Positions 1 through 9,900 of a stretch of DNA of 64,000 nucleotides are shown here, in pieces. Within the stretch, counting starts at the first letter, position 1. Every line of letters begins with the position of its first letter. The DNA is taken from NCBI GenBank assembly GCA_041690595.1, contig JAWLHB010000016.1:1-64000 (forward strand), in the 5' to 3' direction. A program made the translations under genes and the position numbers. Source of the stretch: Lentisphaeria bacterium (GTDB taxonomy: Bacteria > Verrucomicrobiota > Lentisphaeria > JABSQK01 > JAWLHB01). Under the pieces are notes generated by a model that saw only the letters and a list, made by a program, of their open reading frames with translations, was not told the DNA's origin and did no database searches.

Positions 1-69
1 CTCATCCTCATGATCTCCTGTAGGGGGTTCAAGTCACAGGAGATACTGTGCGCACGAGCAAGCGAATAT

Positions 70-243
70 TCACCATGGGGTATTTTTGACGCTTACGTCG
101 ATCTGCTGGTGCAACCGGCCAAATAGGTCGTAGAGACTAGATGTGCTGGTGAGCAGGCGATTCTCCGCGTCGTACTCCTGCGTCTCCGTCAGACGGCCGT
201 TCACGTACCGAGATATGCTACGGGTGCCGTCGGGTTGCCTTCG
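70..243 (-). pseudogene. Short RHS/YD-repeat gene remnant
   Basis: Manual translation RQPDGTRSISRYVNGRLTETQEYDAENRLLTSTSSLYDLFGRLHQQID... aligns by eye with PDWSKQVDTYRAGRLVEQRQLD...TDYTYDGFGRF of the larger RHS fragment. No start codon; stop at 70-72. Confidence 0.6.
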
Positions 244-267
244 GGTTGGTCGAGGCTATGACGCGTT

Positions 268-703
268 TCATTTGGCAAAATAAGGTACGTATGTCAATTC
301 ACGCTCTGATACCCGATGATGCGTAATCCATATCACTGCGTGATCCCATCCACGGTGTTGATTTCTAGGCTCCGTATAGAAATGCATATAATTATCAACG
401 TCAAGCCTTACTACCTTGCATGGTTGACCAAGTCTTTCAACAACCTCTATTTCATCCTCTCCTTCCTCTATATCAAAGAAGGATGACCTCTTGCAGTGCC
501 AAATTGTGTTGTCATCATATAATGAGTATATGGGCCTAGCAATTGCTCCATCATATGAGAAACCAAGTACATGAACATTAAACCCTATCCATAATGCCAT
601 CCTACTTGGCGTAAGACAGACAGTAAGAAGAAAAAATAAACGCAATAAACACTATGATGAGTATGCGTTTCTTAATTGAAGGTTTCTTGGGTACCTCCTT
701 CAT
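268..703 (-). pseudogene. Putative RHS immunity protein with N-terminal membrane anchor, split by a 1-nt frameshift
   Basis: AT-rich segment downstream of the RHS fragment. Track ORFs 602..787 and 268..645 join into one ~145-aa protein (MKEVPKKPSIKKRILIIVFIAFIF-LLTVCLTPSRMALWIG...GEDEIEVVERLGQP...) if one T is removed from the T6 run at 631-636. Confidence 0.5.
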
Positions 704-818
704 GTTATCACCGTTCCCCCCATGTCTTACTTGGATCACACGGAACAAGGCGCCTCTCGGTTTTTCCATTAACATAAACTCTTTCAATGCATGTTAGTTG
801 GCCAGACCTGGCTATTAT

Positions 819-2617
819 TCATACATGAAGATATGCAACTGTTTCCATGACTGGCATCAACACCAGCAAAATTATTGTAAGCATCCAACCGGCGAGGACG
901 GTCTGGTCGGCTTCGCGCGCCCAGAGCATTTCGGTGGTGCGGCCCGCTTTGTCGTAGGCATAGGTGAGATGCATACCGTTGCCGTAGCGCTTTTCGGCGT
1001 AGCGTCCGCTGGCGAGGTCCGGGATGACGGTGAGCACCATGTCGCCATCCTTGTCGTAGACTTGACGGCCGTCGGCAGGATCGGTGGTGATGGTGACGAT
1101 CGGGCCGGATGGGTAATGGATCTTCATGGCGAAGTGCTCGGGAACCTGCTCAGTGTGTACAGTCTTGACGAAGTCGCCAATGGCCTGCGTCTCGTCTACG
1201 ATAGCCCCGTTGCGGCTGCATGTCCACGTGTCGACGACATCGTCGGTCGGGTCCTCGGGATCAACATTGTCGGCGGCGTGGATCATGCGCCCGGCTTCAT
1301 CGTAACGATAAGACAGGAGCGTGGAGCGATTCGGCACGTCTGGTCCGGGGACGACCTTAATCGCGGTGAGGCGACCTGCGCCATCGTAACGGTAGGTGAA
1401 GAAGGAGCCTCGCGGATCTTGCTTATGCAGTAGGCGGCCCTGCTCGTCATAGTCGTAGATGTAGACGCTGTTGTCGGCATAGGTGTCGCTGACCTTCTGA
1501 CCAAGATCATCGTAGGCATAACGGGTTGGATTGCCGTTGGCGTCGATAATCGCCGTCAGGTGACCGTAATCGTCGTATTCCTTGCGGGTGATGTTGCCGA
1601 GCGCGTCGATCTCGGCGATCTGGCGGTTGCGCTCGTCATACTGGTAGCGAGTGGTGTTGCCGTTCGGGTCGGTGACGGCAAGCCTGTTGCCGCGCTTGTC
1701 GTAGTCGTAGCGGGTGACGCGGCCTTCGGCATTACGCTCTGCCGTCAACTGGCCGAGACGGTCGTATTCCCACCGCGTTTCAGCTACGGTTGGTACTGCC
1801 ATGGTACTGCTCTTAAGGATCTGTTTGCGCTGTATCGTAAAGCGACCAAAGCCGTCGTAGGTATAGTCGGTGATGGCGGCAGTATCGCCAGTCGAGTCCA
1901 ATTGGCGCTGCTCTACCAGCCGACCGGCGCGATAGGTGTCGACTTGCTTTGACCAATCGGGAGCGGTAATGGTGACCCGCTTCTCGAAGCTATCATCTGC
2001 TTTACTTCCGTATTCTGTTAGCATCTCGGTGGTTCGGCCGAAGCGAGATTCCCAGGTATGGCGTCCGTCGATGGACCGTTCGACGATTTCAATGAGGCGT
2101 GGCTCGTCTTTGGCGGCATCCGGCCAATCCCAGGCACGAATTCGCCGCACATGAACTGTGCTGCCATCGGACAACGACTCTTCGGCAGTATCCGAGACGG
2201 TGCGCGTGATGATGTCGCCGCCATCATAGTCGATACGATGATTACGGTTCATGTCGATCGCCGTGGTCTCAAGCTGACCCTGCGCGTTGTAGGCGTAGAG
2301 CAGGATCTGGCCGTCTGGTTGGATACTTTCAGCAAGGTATCCCTTGGCGCCGTAGCTCTGTCGACTCTCGCTACCGTCGGGTGAAATCGTGAGATAAGCG
2401 CGGCCGAGTAGATCAACGTAAGTGCGGGTGTCCCTGCGTGGCGCTCCTTGCAGATCGAGCATCATGGTGGCGCTGAATTCGCCCCGCTCATCGGCGCCGT
2501 ATTCGTAGCGCTGTGGCCAGGCGGCGGTGTCGGCTGACTCACGAGGGCTCCGATCGGGATAGTAGCGCTGAATGCTGGTCGCTTGGTTCGGAAGAACGGT
2601 GGTGCTGACCTGGACGC
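819..2617 (-). pseudogene. RHS/YD-repeat protein, truncated at both ends
   Basis: Many YD repeats (YDRLGQL, YDKRGNR, YDERNRQ, YDDYGHL, YDDLGQK, YDEQGRL, YDGAGRL). RHS-like frame continues upstream of ATG 2465 (TGVQVSTTVLPNQATSIQRYYPD...QRYEYG) to the repeat at ~2617 without a start. No PxxxxDPxG core-end motif; GC drops abruptly at ~890. Confidence 0.85.
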
Positions 2618-3905
2618 CGGTGGACGGACGTAGCCGCCCCTCAGGCGAGTGGCGTGCCCAGGGAACGCGGAGACGTGAGGGGAGATGTCGGGAATGCGAT
2701 GAGAGAGGCAGGAATTGGTGCCATGAAGGGGGCGGATGTCACCACGAAGAGCGCGAAGGGGCCACGAAGGAAGAACCGGATTCGAAGTTTGAGGGGGTGG
2801 AGGACAAGTAGCAGGCCGTCAGGGGCAACGGCCTGAACTTGACCGAAGATGGCAGGGCCGTCACAACAGCCCGAGTCGCGGATCGGGGAGTGGCAACGGC
2901 GAAGGCCGGGGTCCGTCGGTGGACGGACGTAGCCGCCCTTCAGGCGAGTGGCGTGCCCAGGAAGCGCGGGGACGTGAGCGGAGGTTGGGAAGGGGCAACG
3001 GCGAACGCCGGGGCCACTCAGGCGAGTGGCGTGCCCAGGGAGCGCGGGGACGTGAGCGGAGGTTGGGGAGTGGCAACGGCGAACGCCGGGGCCACTCAGG
3101 CGAGTGGCGTGCCCAGGGAGCGCGGGGACGTGAGCGGAGGTTGGGGAGTGGCAACGGCGAACGCCGGGGTCCGTCGGTGGACGGACGTAGCCGCCCTTCA
3201 GGCGAGTGGCGTGCCCAGGGAGCGCAATGGCAGGGCCGTTGGAAACGGCCCCTATCTAGTCGCCGTTCGGAGATCGGCTCCCACTTTGAGGTCAGCGCAG
3301 GGGCGCAACGAGCGTGGACCTATTAAGAAGAATGTCGGGGCATGGAGAGACGAAGATGCCAGCTCAGGGAGTTAACCACAAAGAACGCAGAGATCGCAAA
3401 GAAGGGGCAGGGGCGGCGCGGAGAACCCCAGCCACGTTGCCGGACCTTTGGACGCTGAAGCCTTGGGTAATTGTGGTCAGGTGGGGGGATGGCAATATCC
3501 AAGTCGCGGTTCGGAGAACCCCTCCCACATTGAGGACAGCGCAGGGGCGGAGAACCCCTGCCAGGTTGCCGGACCTTTGGAGGCTGAAGCCATGGGTAAT
3601 TGTGGTCAGGTGGGGGGATGGCAATATCCAAGTCGCGGTTCGGAGAACCCCTCCCACATTGAGGTCAGCGCCGCTCGGGGAGCGGCTCCAGTTGGGGGCG
3701 AGGGGATATGAGGGGAGGCAGGCGTTGGGGAAGTGGCAACGGCGAACGCCGGGGCCACTCAGGCGAGTGGCGTGCCCAGGGAGCGCGCAATGGCAGGGCC
3801 GTTGGAAACGGCCCAATCGCGGTTCGGAGAACCCCTGCCAGGTTGCCGGACCTTTGGAGGCTGAAGCCATGGGTAATTGTGGTCAGGTGGGGGGATGGCA
3901 GTGGA
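2617..3905. repeat. Mosaic array of palindromic REP-like repeats (78-bp and 129-bp tandem units plus other hairpin classes)
   Basis: CAGGCGAGTGGCGTGCCCAGG recurs at 2642, 2941, 3019, 3097, 3199, 3760 (78-bp period). GGACCTTTGG...GGTAATTGTGGTCAGGTGGGGGGATGGCA recurs at 3442, 3571 (129-bp period) and 3848. Hairpins include GCCACTC-AGGC-GAGTGGC, GTCCGTC-GGTG-GACGGAC and GGGCCGTT-GGA-AACGGCCC. Confidence 0.95.
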
Positions 3906-3909
3906 GAGG

Positions 3910-6894
3910 CTAACGTTTGAGGAGGCGAGGAGGGGTGATGAGCCCCTGGGGTTGGGCTGGATAGAAGAGCTTGAAGCGATTGCCGGCGGTGCTGCTGATG
4001 CGGAGGGCGAATTGATTCTCTCCGGCGCGGAGACCGGGAAGGGCCCAGCGGAAGGGAGGCCAGGCACGGGTGCCGCGGCTTTCACCGTTGAGAGTGAGTT
4101 CACCGGCATCCATCAACTCGTCCAGTTCGAGGAACCATTCGCCATCGACTTCCTCGGGGGCTATCGTTTCGGTCCACGCGTAGGTGGCATCGCCCATGAA
4201 ATGGGGCATGCCGTCGAGCTGCCAGCCGCCGGGGACAAAGCGGGGGGCGGAAGGGCGCAGGATGGGGATGGCTCCATGGATGTCGACGTCGAAATCGCCT
4301 TCGATGTAGAGCTGACCGAGCACCCCTTCCATGGCGGATTGCATGGAGAAGCGCAGGGTCAGGGCATGTTCACCATTGCGCAGCAAGCCGAGGGGCAAGC
4401 GCATGCCGCTGGTGGTGGTCAGGGGGAAGTGGAGATCGGCAGCGACGAGATTGCCGTCGAGCAGCACGTCGAAGTTGCCCCGGCCAAAGCGCGGGTCGAG
4501 GAGGAGTTCCGGCTCGGTGCGCAGATCCTGGCTGGCGAAGCTGAAGATGTAGCTGACCTGGGGCTGGAGCACGCGACTCTGGACCGGGACTGGCCCGCAG
4601 TAGCTGTCGATCACCTTCATGCCCTGCCAGTCGTCGAAGAGATAGCTGTAGGTGCGGGGATACGGAATGCGTTTGGGTGGCCGGTCTGGACGTTCGACGG
4701 TGGCCTCCTGGAGGCGCAGGATATTCCTGCCGTGGCGGCTGAGGGCTGGAGCGGCGGCTGGGCGAACGACGCGGGGTTCGGCGGGGAGGGTTTCTCCGGC
4801 CTTGCCGAGGCGGAAGAGAGCGCTGGCGCGCTCGGGGAGGCTCCAGCGGATACCGTCGGACTCAAGCGTGGCGGTGCCATCCAGCTCAACCGGCAGCCAC
4901 GGACGCCGATCACCTTCGAGCGCGAGGTGGAGGTCGATCTCGCGGGTATCGTTGTTGACGGCGAGGAGGTAGTCGCCTCCGTCGCGGGCGGTGAAGCGAC
5001 GGACGTAGCAGGCTTCACGCCGTTCGCCGCTGAGGAGGACCTGGCGTGTCAGGTTGCCGGCAAACCAGGCGGCATCGGGCCAAGGCTCGGAGCGGAGGGC
5101 GCCGGGCAGCTCGGGGGCGGGGCTGAAGGCGCCGCGTGCATCGACCAGGCGGCCGGGGCCATCCCCGAACCAGGTCAGCTCGACACCGCCGGCGGCGGCT
5201 TCGGCGAGCTTGCGGGCAGCATCGTCGGTCAGGCAATCGATATCGGTAACGATGACGTGGCGGTAGGCGCAGGCGCCGACCCGGAGAGCGCCGTCGCGGA
5301 TCTGAGCCTCGGGCAGGTCGGCTTCATCGACAAGGTGAATGGCGACCTGAGCCTGCAGAGCGGCGAGGAGGGTCTGCCAGAGGGAGCGGCGCATGGCGAT
5401 GTGGCGGGGGGAGCCGACGGTGCCGACCGTGTAGTAGCTGCTCATGCAGTTGAGGACGGCGACTTCGATGCGTTCGGTGCAGCCGTCGGTGAGGGACTCG
5501 ATGCGCTTGAGCCAGTTGTTGACTTCGCGGATGCCGCGGAAGATGGAGGAGTTGGGGCCATAATCCGGGGGCGCTTCGTGGATGGTGACCCCTTCGTTGC
5601 TGGCAAAGAAGCCATGAAAGAAGAAGCGGTCGATGCCGAGAATGCTCTGCCAGGTGAGGAGCTGGCGAGCATGGCGGCTGGTGACATCCCAGTCCATGAG
5701 GGCAAGGCTTTCGCTGATGGCCATCGGCGCCTGCTGCTGAGCCCGGACGGAGGCGGCGCGGAGGCTGCCGAGATTGAGGGTGGGCGCGGCGGCGCAGCCG
5801 GTAGCCGGCACGATGACGTCGGTACCGGGGACGCCGATCTCCTTCATGATCTGCATCAGGGAGCCGAGGAGTTGGGCCTCGATGATGGGATCGTCCTCGG
5901 GCGAGAGGTGGCCGAGAAGATAGAGATTGTTGGCATCGGCCCAGCGACGATAGGGGCGGACAAAGGCGTCGAGGAAACGGGTGGCGAGCCATCGGCGGTA
6001 GTTGACGCGGAGGGATTCGTCGGCCTCGCAGCGGGCCTCACCGAAGAGGCAGTAGAGGCGGTTTCTGAGGTCGCCGCCATATTGCCGCTCGAAGTCGTCG
6101 TACATGCCGGGGGTGGTGGGGAAGGTACCGTGAAACTTCGGCTCGTCGGTAAAGATGCCGGGGATGGTCCCGCCGAAGTGGTGGCCCACGTAGCCGGCAT
6201 ACTTGTCGAGGGAGAGGCGGCAGAAGCTGTGGAAGGTTTCCGGGTTGAGCAGATCGGGGAGTCCGTTCCAGGAGCCGTCGCCGCCGCAGCGCTCCTCGAC
6301 GATGGCGAGAAGGCGGAAGCCGGCGGGGATCACGGGTACGCGCATGGTGTAGTTCTGGCACCTGGCGTCGCCGCGGGGGCAAGGATAGAGGCGCGTCTCC
6401 TCGTAGTAGTAGCGGCTGTCCCAGTCGCCCATGAACCAGTCGGCACGGACGGTGCCGACGGTGGCGGTGAGGTCGCGAGCAGGGAGGGAGGGGTCCTCGG
6501 GAACGAGTCCGGCCCAGACGACGCGGCTTTCGTCGATCTTCCAGAGGTCGCCGGTCTTGACGCCGGCGGGCAGCTCGCAGCACTTGAGGGCGCGGGCGAA
6601 AAGTTCGGGACGTTCGGCCATGACCATGCCGCCGGCGGCGCCGCTGGGATAGGGATCTTCATCGTAGAGCCAGATCTGCATGCCGAGGCGGGCACCCTCC
6701 TCGACGACGGCCTGGACCATCAGGAACCACTCTTCAGAGGCGTAGGGGATGAGGTTGCCGCTGCGGCAGTGAAGGGTCAGCGCCTGGATGCCACCGGCAT
6801 GACAACGGTGGAGGAAGTCGAGCTTTTCCGTGAGATCGGAGGCATCGTTCCACATCCAGAAGGGCATGGCGCCGGGATAGATGGTTGCTTGCAT
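3910..6894 (-). CDS. Large glycoside hydrolase, GH106 (alpha-L-rhamnosidase)-like, with C-terminal sugar-binding domain; no signal peptide
   Basis: Motifs PFWMWND, GMQIWLYDEDPYPSGAAGG, IPGIFTDEP, LLGHL, ISESLA. Start refined to ATG 6894 behind GGAAAG. Confidence 0.7.
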   Translation of the reverse strand: MQATIYPGAMPFWMWNDASDLTEKLDFLHRCHAGGIQALTLHCRSGNLIPYASEEWFLMVQAVVEEGARLGMQIWLYDEDPYPSGAAGGMVMAERPELFARALKCCELPAGVKTGDLWKIDESRVVWAGLVPEDPSLPARDLTATVGTVRADWFMGDWDSRYYYEETRLYPCPRGDARCQNYTMRVPVIPAGFRLLAIVEERCGGDGSWNGLPDLLNPETFHSFCRLSLDKYAGYVGHHFGGTIPGIFTDEPKFHGTFPTTPGMYDDFERQYGGDLRNRLYCLFGEARCEADESLRVNYRRWLATRFLDAFVRPYRRWADANNLYLLGHLSPEDDPIIEAQLLGSLMQIMKEIGVPGTDVIVPATGCAAAPTLNLGSLRAASVRAQQQAPMAISESLALMDWDVTSRHARQLLTWQSILGIDRFFFHGFFASNEGVTIHEAPPDYGPNSSIFRGIREVNNWLKRIESLTDGCTERIEVAVLNCMSSYYTVGTVGSPRHIAMRRSLWQTLLAALQAQVAIHLVDEADLPEAQIRDGALRVGACAYRHVIVTDIDCLTDDAARKLAEAAAGGVELTWFGDGPGRLVDARGAFSPAPELPGALRSEPWPDAAWFAGNLTRQVLLSGERREACYVRRFTARDGGDYLLAVNNDTREIDLHLALEGDRRPWLPVELDGTATLESDGIRWSLPERASALFRLGKAGETLPAEPRVVRPAAAPALSRHGRNILRLQEATVERPDRPPKRIPYPRTYSYLFDDWQGMKVIDSYCGPVPVQSRVLQPQVSYIFSFASQDLRTEPELLLDPRFGRGNFDVLLDGNLVAADLHFPLTTTSGMRLPLGLLRNGEHALTLRFSMQSAMEGVLGQLYIEGDFDVDIHGAIPILRPSAPRFVPGGWQLDGMPHFMGDATYAWTETIAPEEVDGEWFLELDELMDAGELTLNGESRGTRAWPPFRWALPGLRAGENQFALRISSTAGNRFKLFYPAQPQGLITPPRLLKR

Positions 6895-6918
6895 GATGTG
6901 CTTTCCGTGGCGCCGCAA

Positions 6919-9900
6919 TCACTTCTCCGCGAAGTTGTCTCGCGTGATGAGCTGGTAAGGCGGGGACGGTTTCGATTCCTGGTTGTCAGTGGTCGTGGTG
7001 AGAAAAAGGTAGAGGGGTGTATCCGGTTTCAGGCCAACCACCAGCTGGTTGTCGGCAACGCCATTGACGGGATGGCTGATCAGTTCAGCGCCGCGACCGT
7101 CCGGATAAAGTGAAAGGTAAAGATTGTAACGCCGATCCGGCTGTTGGTCAAAGCGAATGATCATCCGCCGACCATCGGCCCAATGGTGCGGTTCTTCAAA
7201 GGCGGTGATGACCGGGGCCTCGCCGATGCCATCGCGAGCCTGGACGGCAATGTGATTGGTGGTGGGGCCTTCCCACTCCGGAAGGGGACGGCGGGAAGCA
7301 TGCGTCGCGAGCGCGGCGGGGGTGGCATCCTCGGGGCGGGCGTACTCGGCGGTGAGGCCGGCGAAGCGCCAGGTGCGGTTGGGGACGGTCGTCATGCGGT
7401 TAAGGTACGGAACCTCGTTGCGCGCTTCGACGTAGAGGGTTTCCAGGCTGAGAGGCAGGTCGACGATGCCGTCGCCGCCGCTGGAGCCCCACCAGGTGGT
7501 TTCGAGGGTGCGGGCGAGGTCCCACGGGTGGTTACCGGGGAGGGGGAAGCGCACATAGCGCCAGCCGTCAAAGCAGACGGTGGACCAGGCGTGGATGTCG
7601 TCGGCATTCCAGTCATCCTTGGTGCCGGCGGAGATCCAATGCTCGCCCTTGGCGTCGCGGAGCTGCCAGACGATGCGGCCGAAGCCGCTGTTCCCCTCGA
7701 TCCAGACGCCCAGATGGCTGGCGGAGCCGGGGATCTCGCGCGGCTGATCGGCGATCAGGGTGCCGTAGCGGACGAGGAGCGGGCGATCAGGCGACTGGAC
7801 GGGCAAGGTGACTTCGGCCATCGAACCATGGTCGGGATGCTCCTTGCCGAGGGTGACGGTGAGCTGGGGATCGACTGCGCGGGCGACACCGAAGTGGTGC
7901 ACGCCGAAGGGTTGTTCGCTGCCGTCATAGCGCCAGTTGTCGGCAGTCATGGGCTGGAGCGCGACGGTGGTGCCGGCGGGGCGTTCGGGGTAGGCCTGCT
8001 GGGTCACCTCGATCCGGCCGAGTTCCTGAGGCGTGGTGAGCCAAAGCGGCGAGGAGGTGAGGCGCACGGTGGCGCGGTTGCCGGCGACGGGTATCTCCCG
8101 GCGTGCACCCATGGCGTCGGTGATGAGCAGGGGGCCAGGACCCTGGACGGTGAGCTGGGCATCGGCGGTGCCGCGGATGCGCCACATGGCATAGAGGGCC
8201 GTGCCATCGGGACGGCGGAACTGGAGGCAGTAGTTGGTGAGCGAACCGGTATCGACGGGGCCGACGAGTTGGGCGCCGCATAGCATGCTGGTGGCGGTGC
8301 TGACGGCGGCCACGGCGGGTTTGGGATGCATCAGCGGCTCGCGATGGAAGATGCCGGCGCCATAGTGCTCGGCGCCATAGTAGTTGGCGGCATCGAAGGG
8401 GACGATGCCGGCCTCGAAGTTCTCGACGCCGTAGGCGATGGCAAGGAGCCAGAGCCGTACCTGGTAGTCGGCCTGTTCCTGCTCGGCGAGAGCACCGGGG
8501 TTGGTGGGCAGGAAGGGGCCTTCGATCCAGTGAATGGGCAGTTCGGGCCAGTCGAGACGTTTGGCCTCGGCGCGGAGTTGCCAGAGGGTATAGTGGATGG
8601 CGCCATCGGTCAGGTGTTCGGGCAGGCGCTCGAAGATGGGCTGATCCATGCCATAGCCATCGACCAGCCGCTGGGGGAAGCCGGTGCGCATGAAGGGGAT
8701 GGTGCCGGTCGGCGAGCCCCATTGGAGGATCAGGGGGACCTGCGGGAACTCGCGCCGCATGGCCTCGCCGATGGCGGTGAAGATGATCGTCTGGCGGTTC
8801 ATGTTGCGGACTTCGTCGTCGGTGAGGTCACGCGGGGGAAGGCCCTGATAGAGGGGCCAGACACTGTGGGTGGCCTCGCGGCTGGGGCCCCACTCGCCGC
8901 CGTACAGGTAGGCAACGTCGCTGTTGAAGGCGGTGGCGAGTGGCCGCACCTGGGCGAGCTCGTCCTCGACCATCTTCTGCATGGCTTCGGGATTCTTCTC
9001 ATCGAGGCGATGATAGACGGAAACGATGGTGTGGGGCGCCTTGGGGAGGAAGTCGTGTTCCTTGAGCATCTCGTGGTTGAGGAAGGAGGAGTGGGCGGCG
9101 ACACGGCGAATACCGAGCTTGCGCAGGAGAGCGAGCATCTGGGTGTTGCGTTCGGTGTTGCCGGCGACGAATCCGGCATGATGGCCCCACAGATTCCAGG
9201 CGCCGAAACGGGTTTCGTTGGTGCTGTCGCCGTAGGTGCGGCTGTTGGGGGGGAGGAGGACGAGGCTGAGGTCGGCGGCGAGGCTCTGGTTGCCGCTGCT
9301 GGCGGTGGCGGTGAGGCTGTGCCAGCCGAGGCTCTGCACGGGCAGGACGATGGGAATATCGACGATGGCACCGGGAGGCACGGTGGCGGAGCCGCTTTCA
9401 CTCACGCTCTCCCGGCCATCGAGACTGACGGTCTCGAGGGCTGCTTCGACGGGCAGGGGCTGGCTGGTGCGATTGGTCACGCGGATGGCGTAGGTGGGCT
9501 GGGCCGGCTGCTCAAAGAGATGGCCAAACTGCTCGGGGACGACTTCCATCTCGAAGGGTGCCTCTTCGAGGGTGATGGCGAGAATGCGCAGGGAGCTGGG
9601 AGGGCCGGCGGGGTGCACCCCGTAGTAGATGGGGTCGGCATAGCCGCGGCCAAGGGCGGTCGGCTTGGTGATCTGGAATTCGAGGAACTGGTCGTGCATG
9701 TCGCGGAAGCCATAGAAGGCGCGATGGTCGATGGGCGCCCTGACCCTGTAGAGGAGGAAGTCGCCTTCGCGGCCTGTGAGAATGGCATCGCCGGCCGCCA
9801 CGGCTTCGGGGGTGATCTGGAAGGGTGAGGCGGCGACGGCGCCGACCATGTGCCGATAGAAGCGAAAGACACCCGCGGGCACGCTTTCCGGAGCGGGTTG

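Noticed and set aside
819..888. C-terminal transmembrane helix on the RHS protein (WMLTIILLVLMPV)
   Set aside because: Out-of-frame read-through into AT-rich DNA after the deletion junction.
2617..3905. CRISPR array
   Set aside because: Units repeat in full (78/129 bp) with no unique spacers, and there are no cas genes in the window.
2572..3920. ORFs 2839..3375, 2919..3326, 3314..3913 and similar as real genes
   Set aside because: Open frames arise because the repeat periods are multiples of 3 in GC-rich DNA; no RBS or protein-like composition.
3877..7113. Long antisense ORFs (also 8326..9828, 15970..18357, 19763..21874, 27990..30329, 33575..35725, 37636..39690, 51168..53696, 57629..59449, 60475..63957)
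   Set aside because: Shadow frames opposite motif-bearing genes, expected from strong third-position GC bias. 60475..63957 is antisense to the NHL and GH29 genes.
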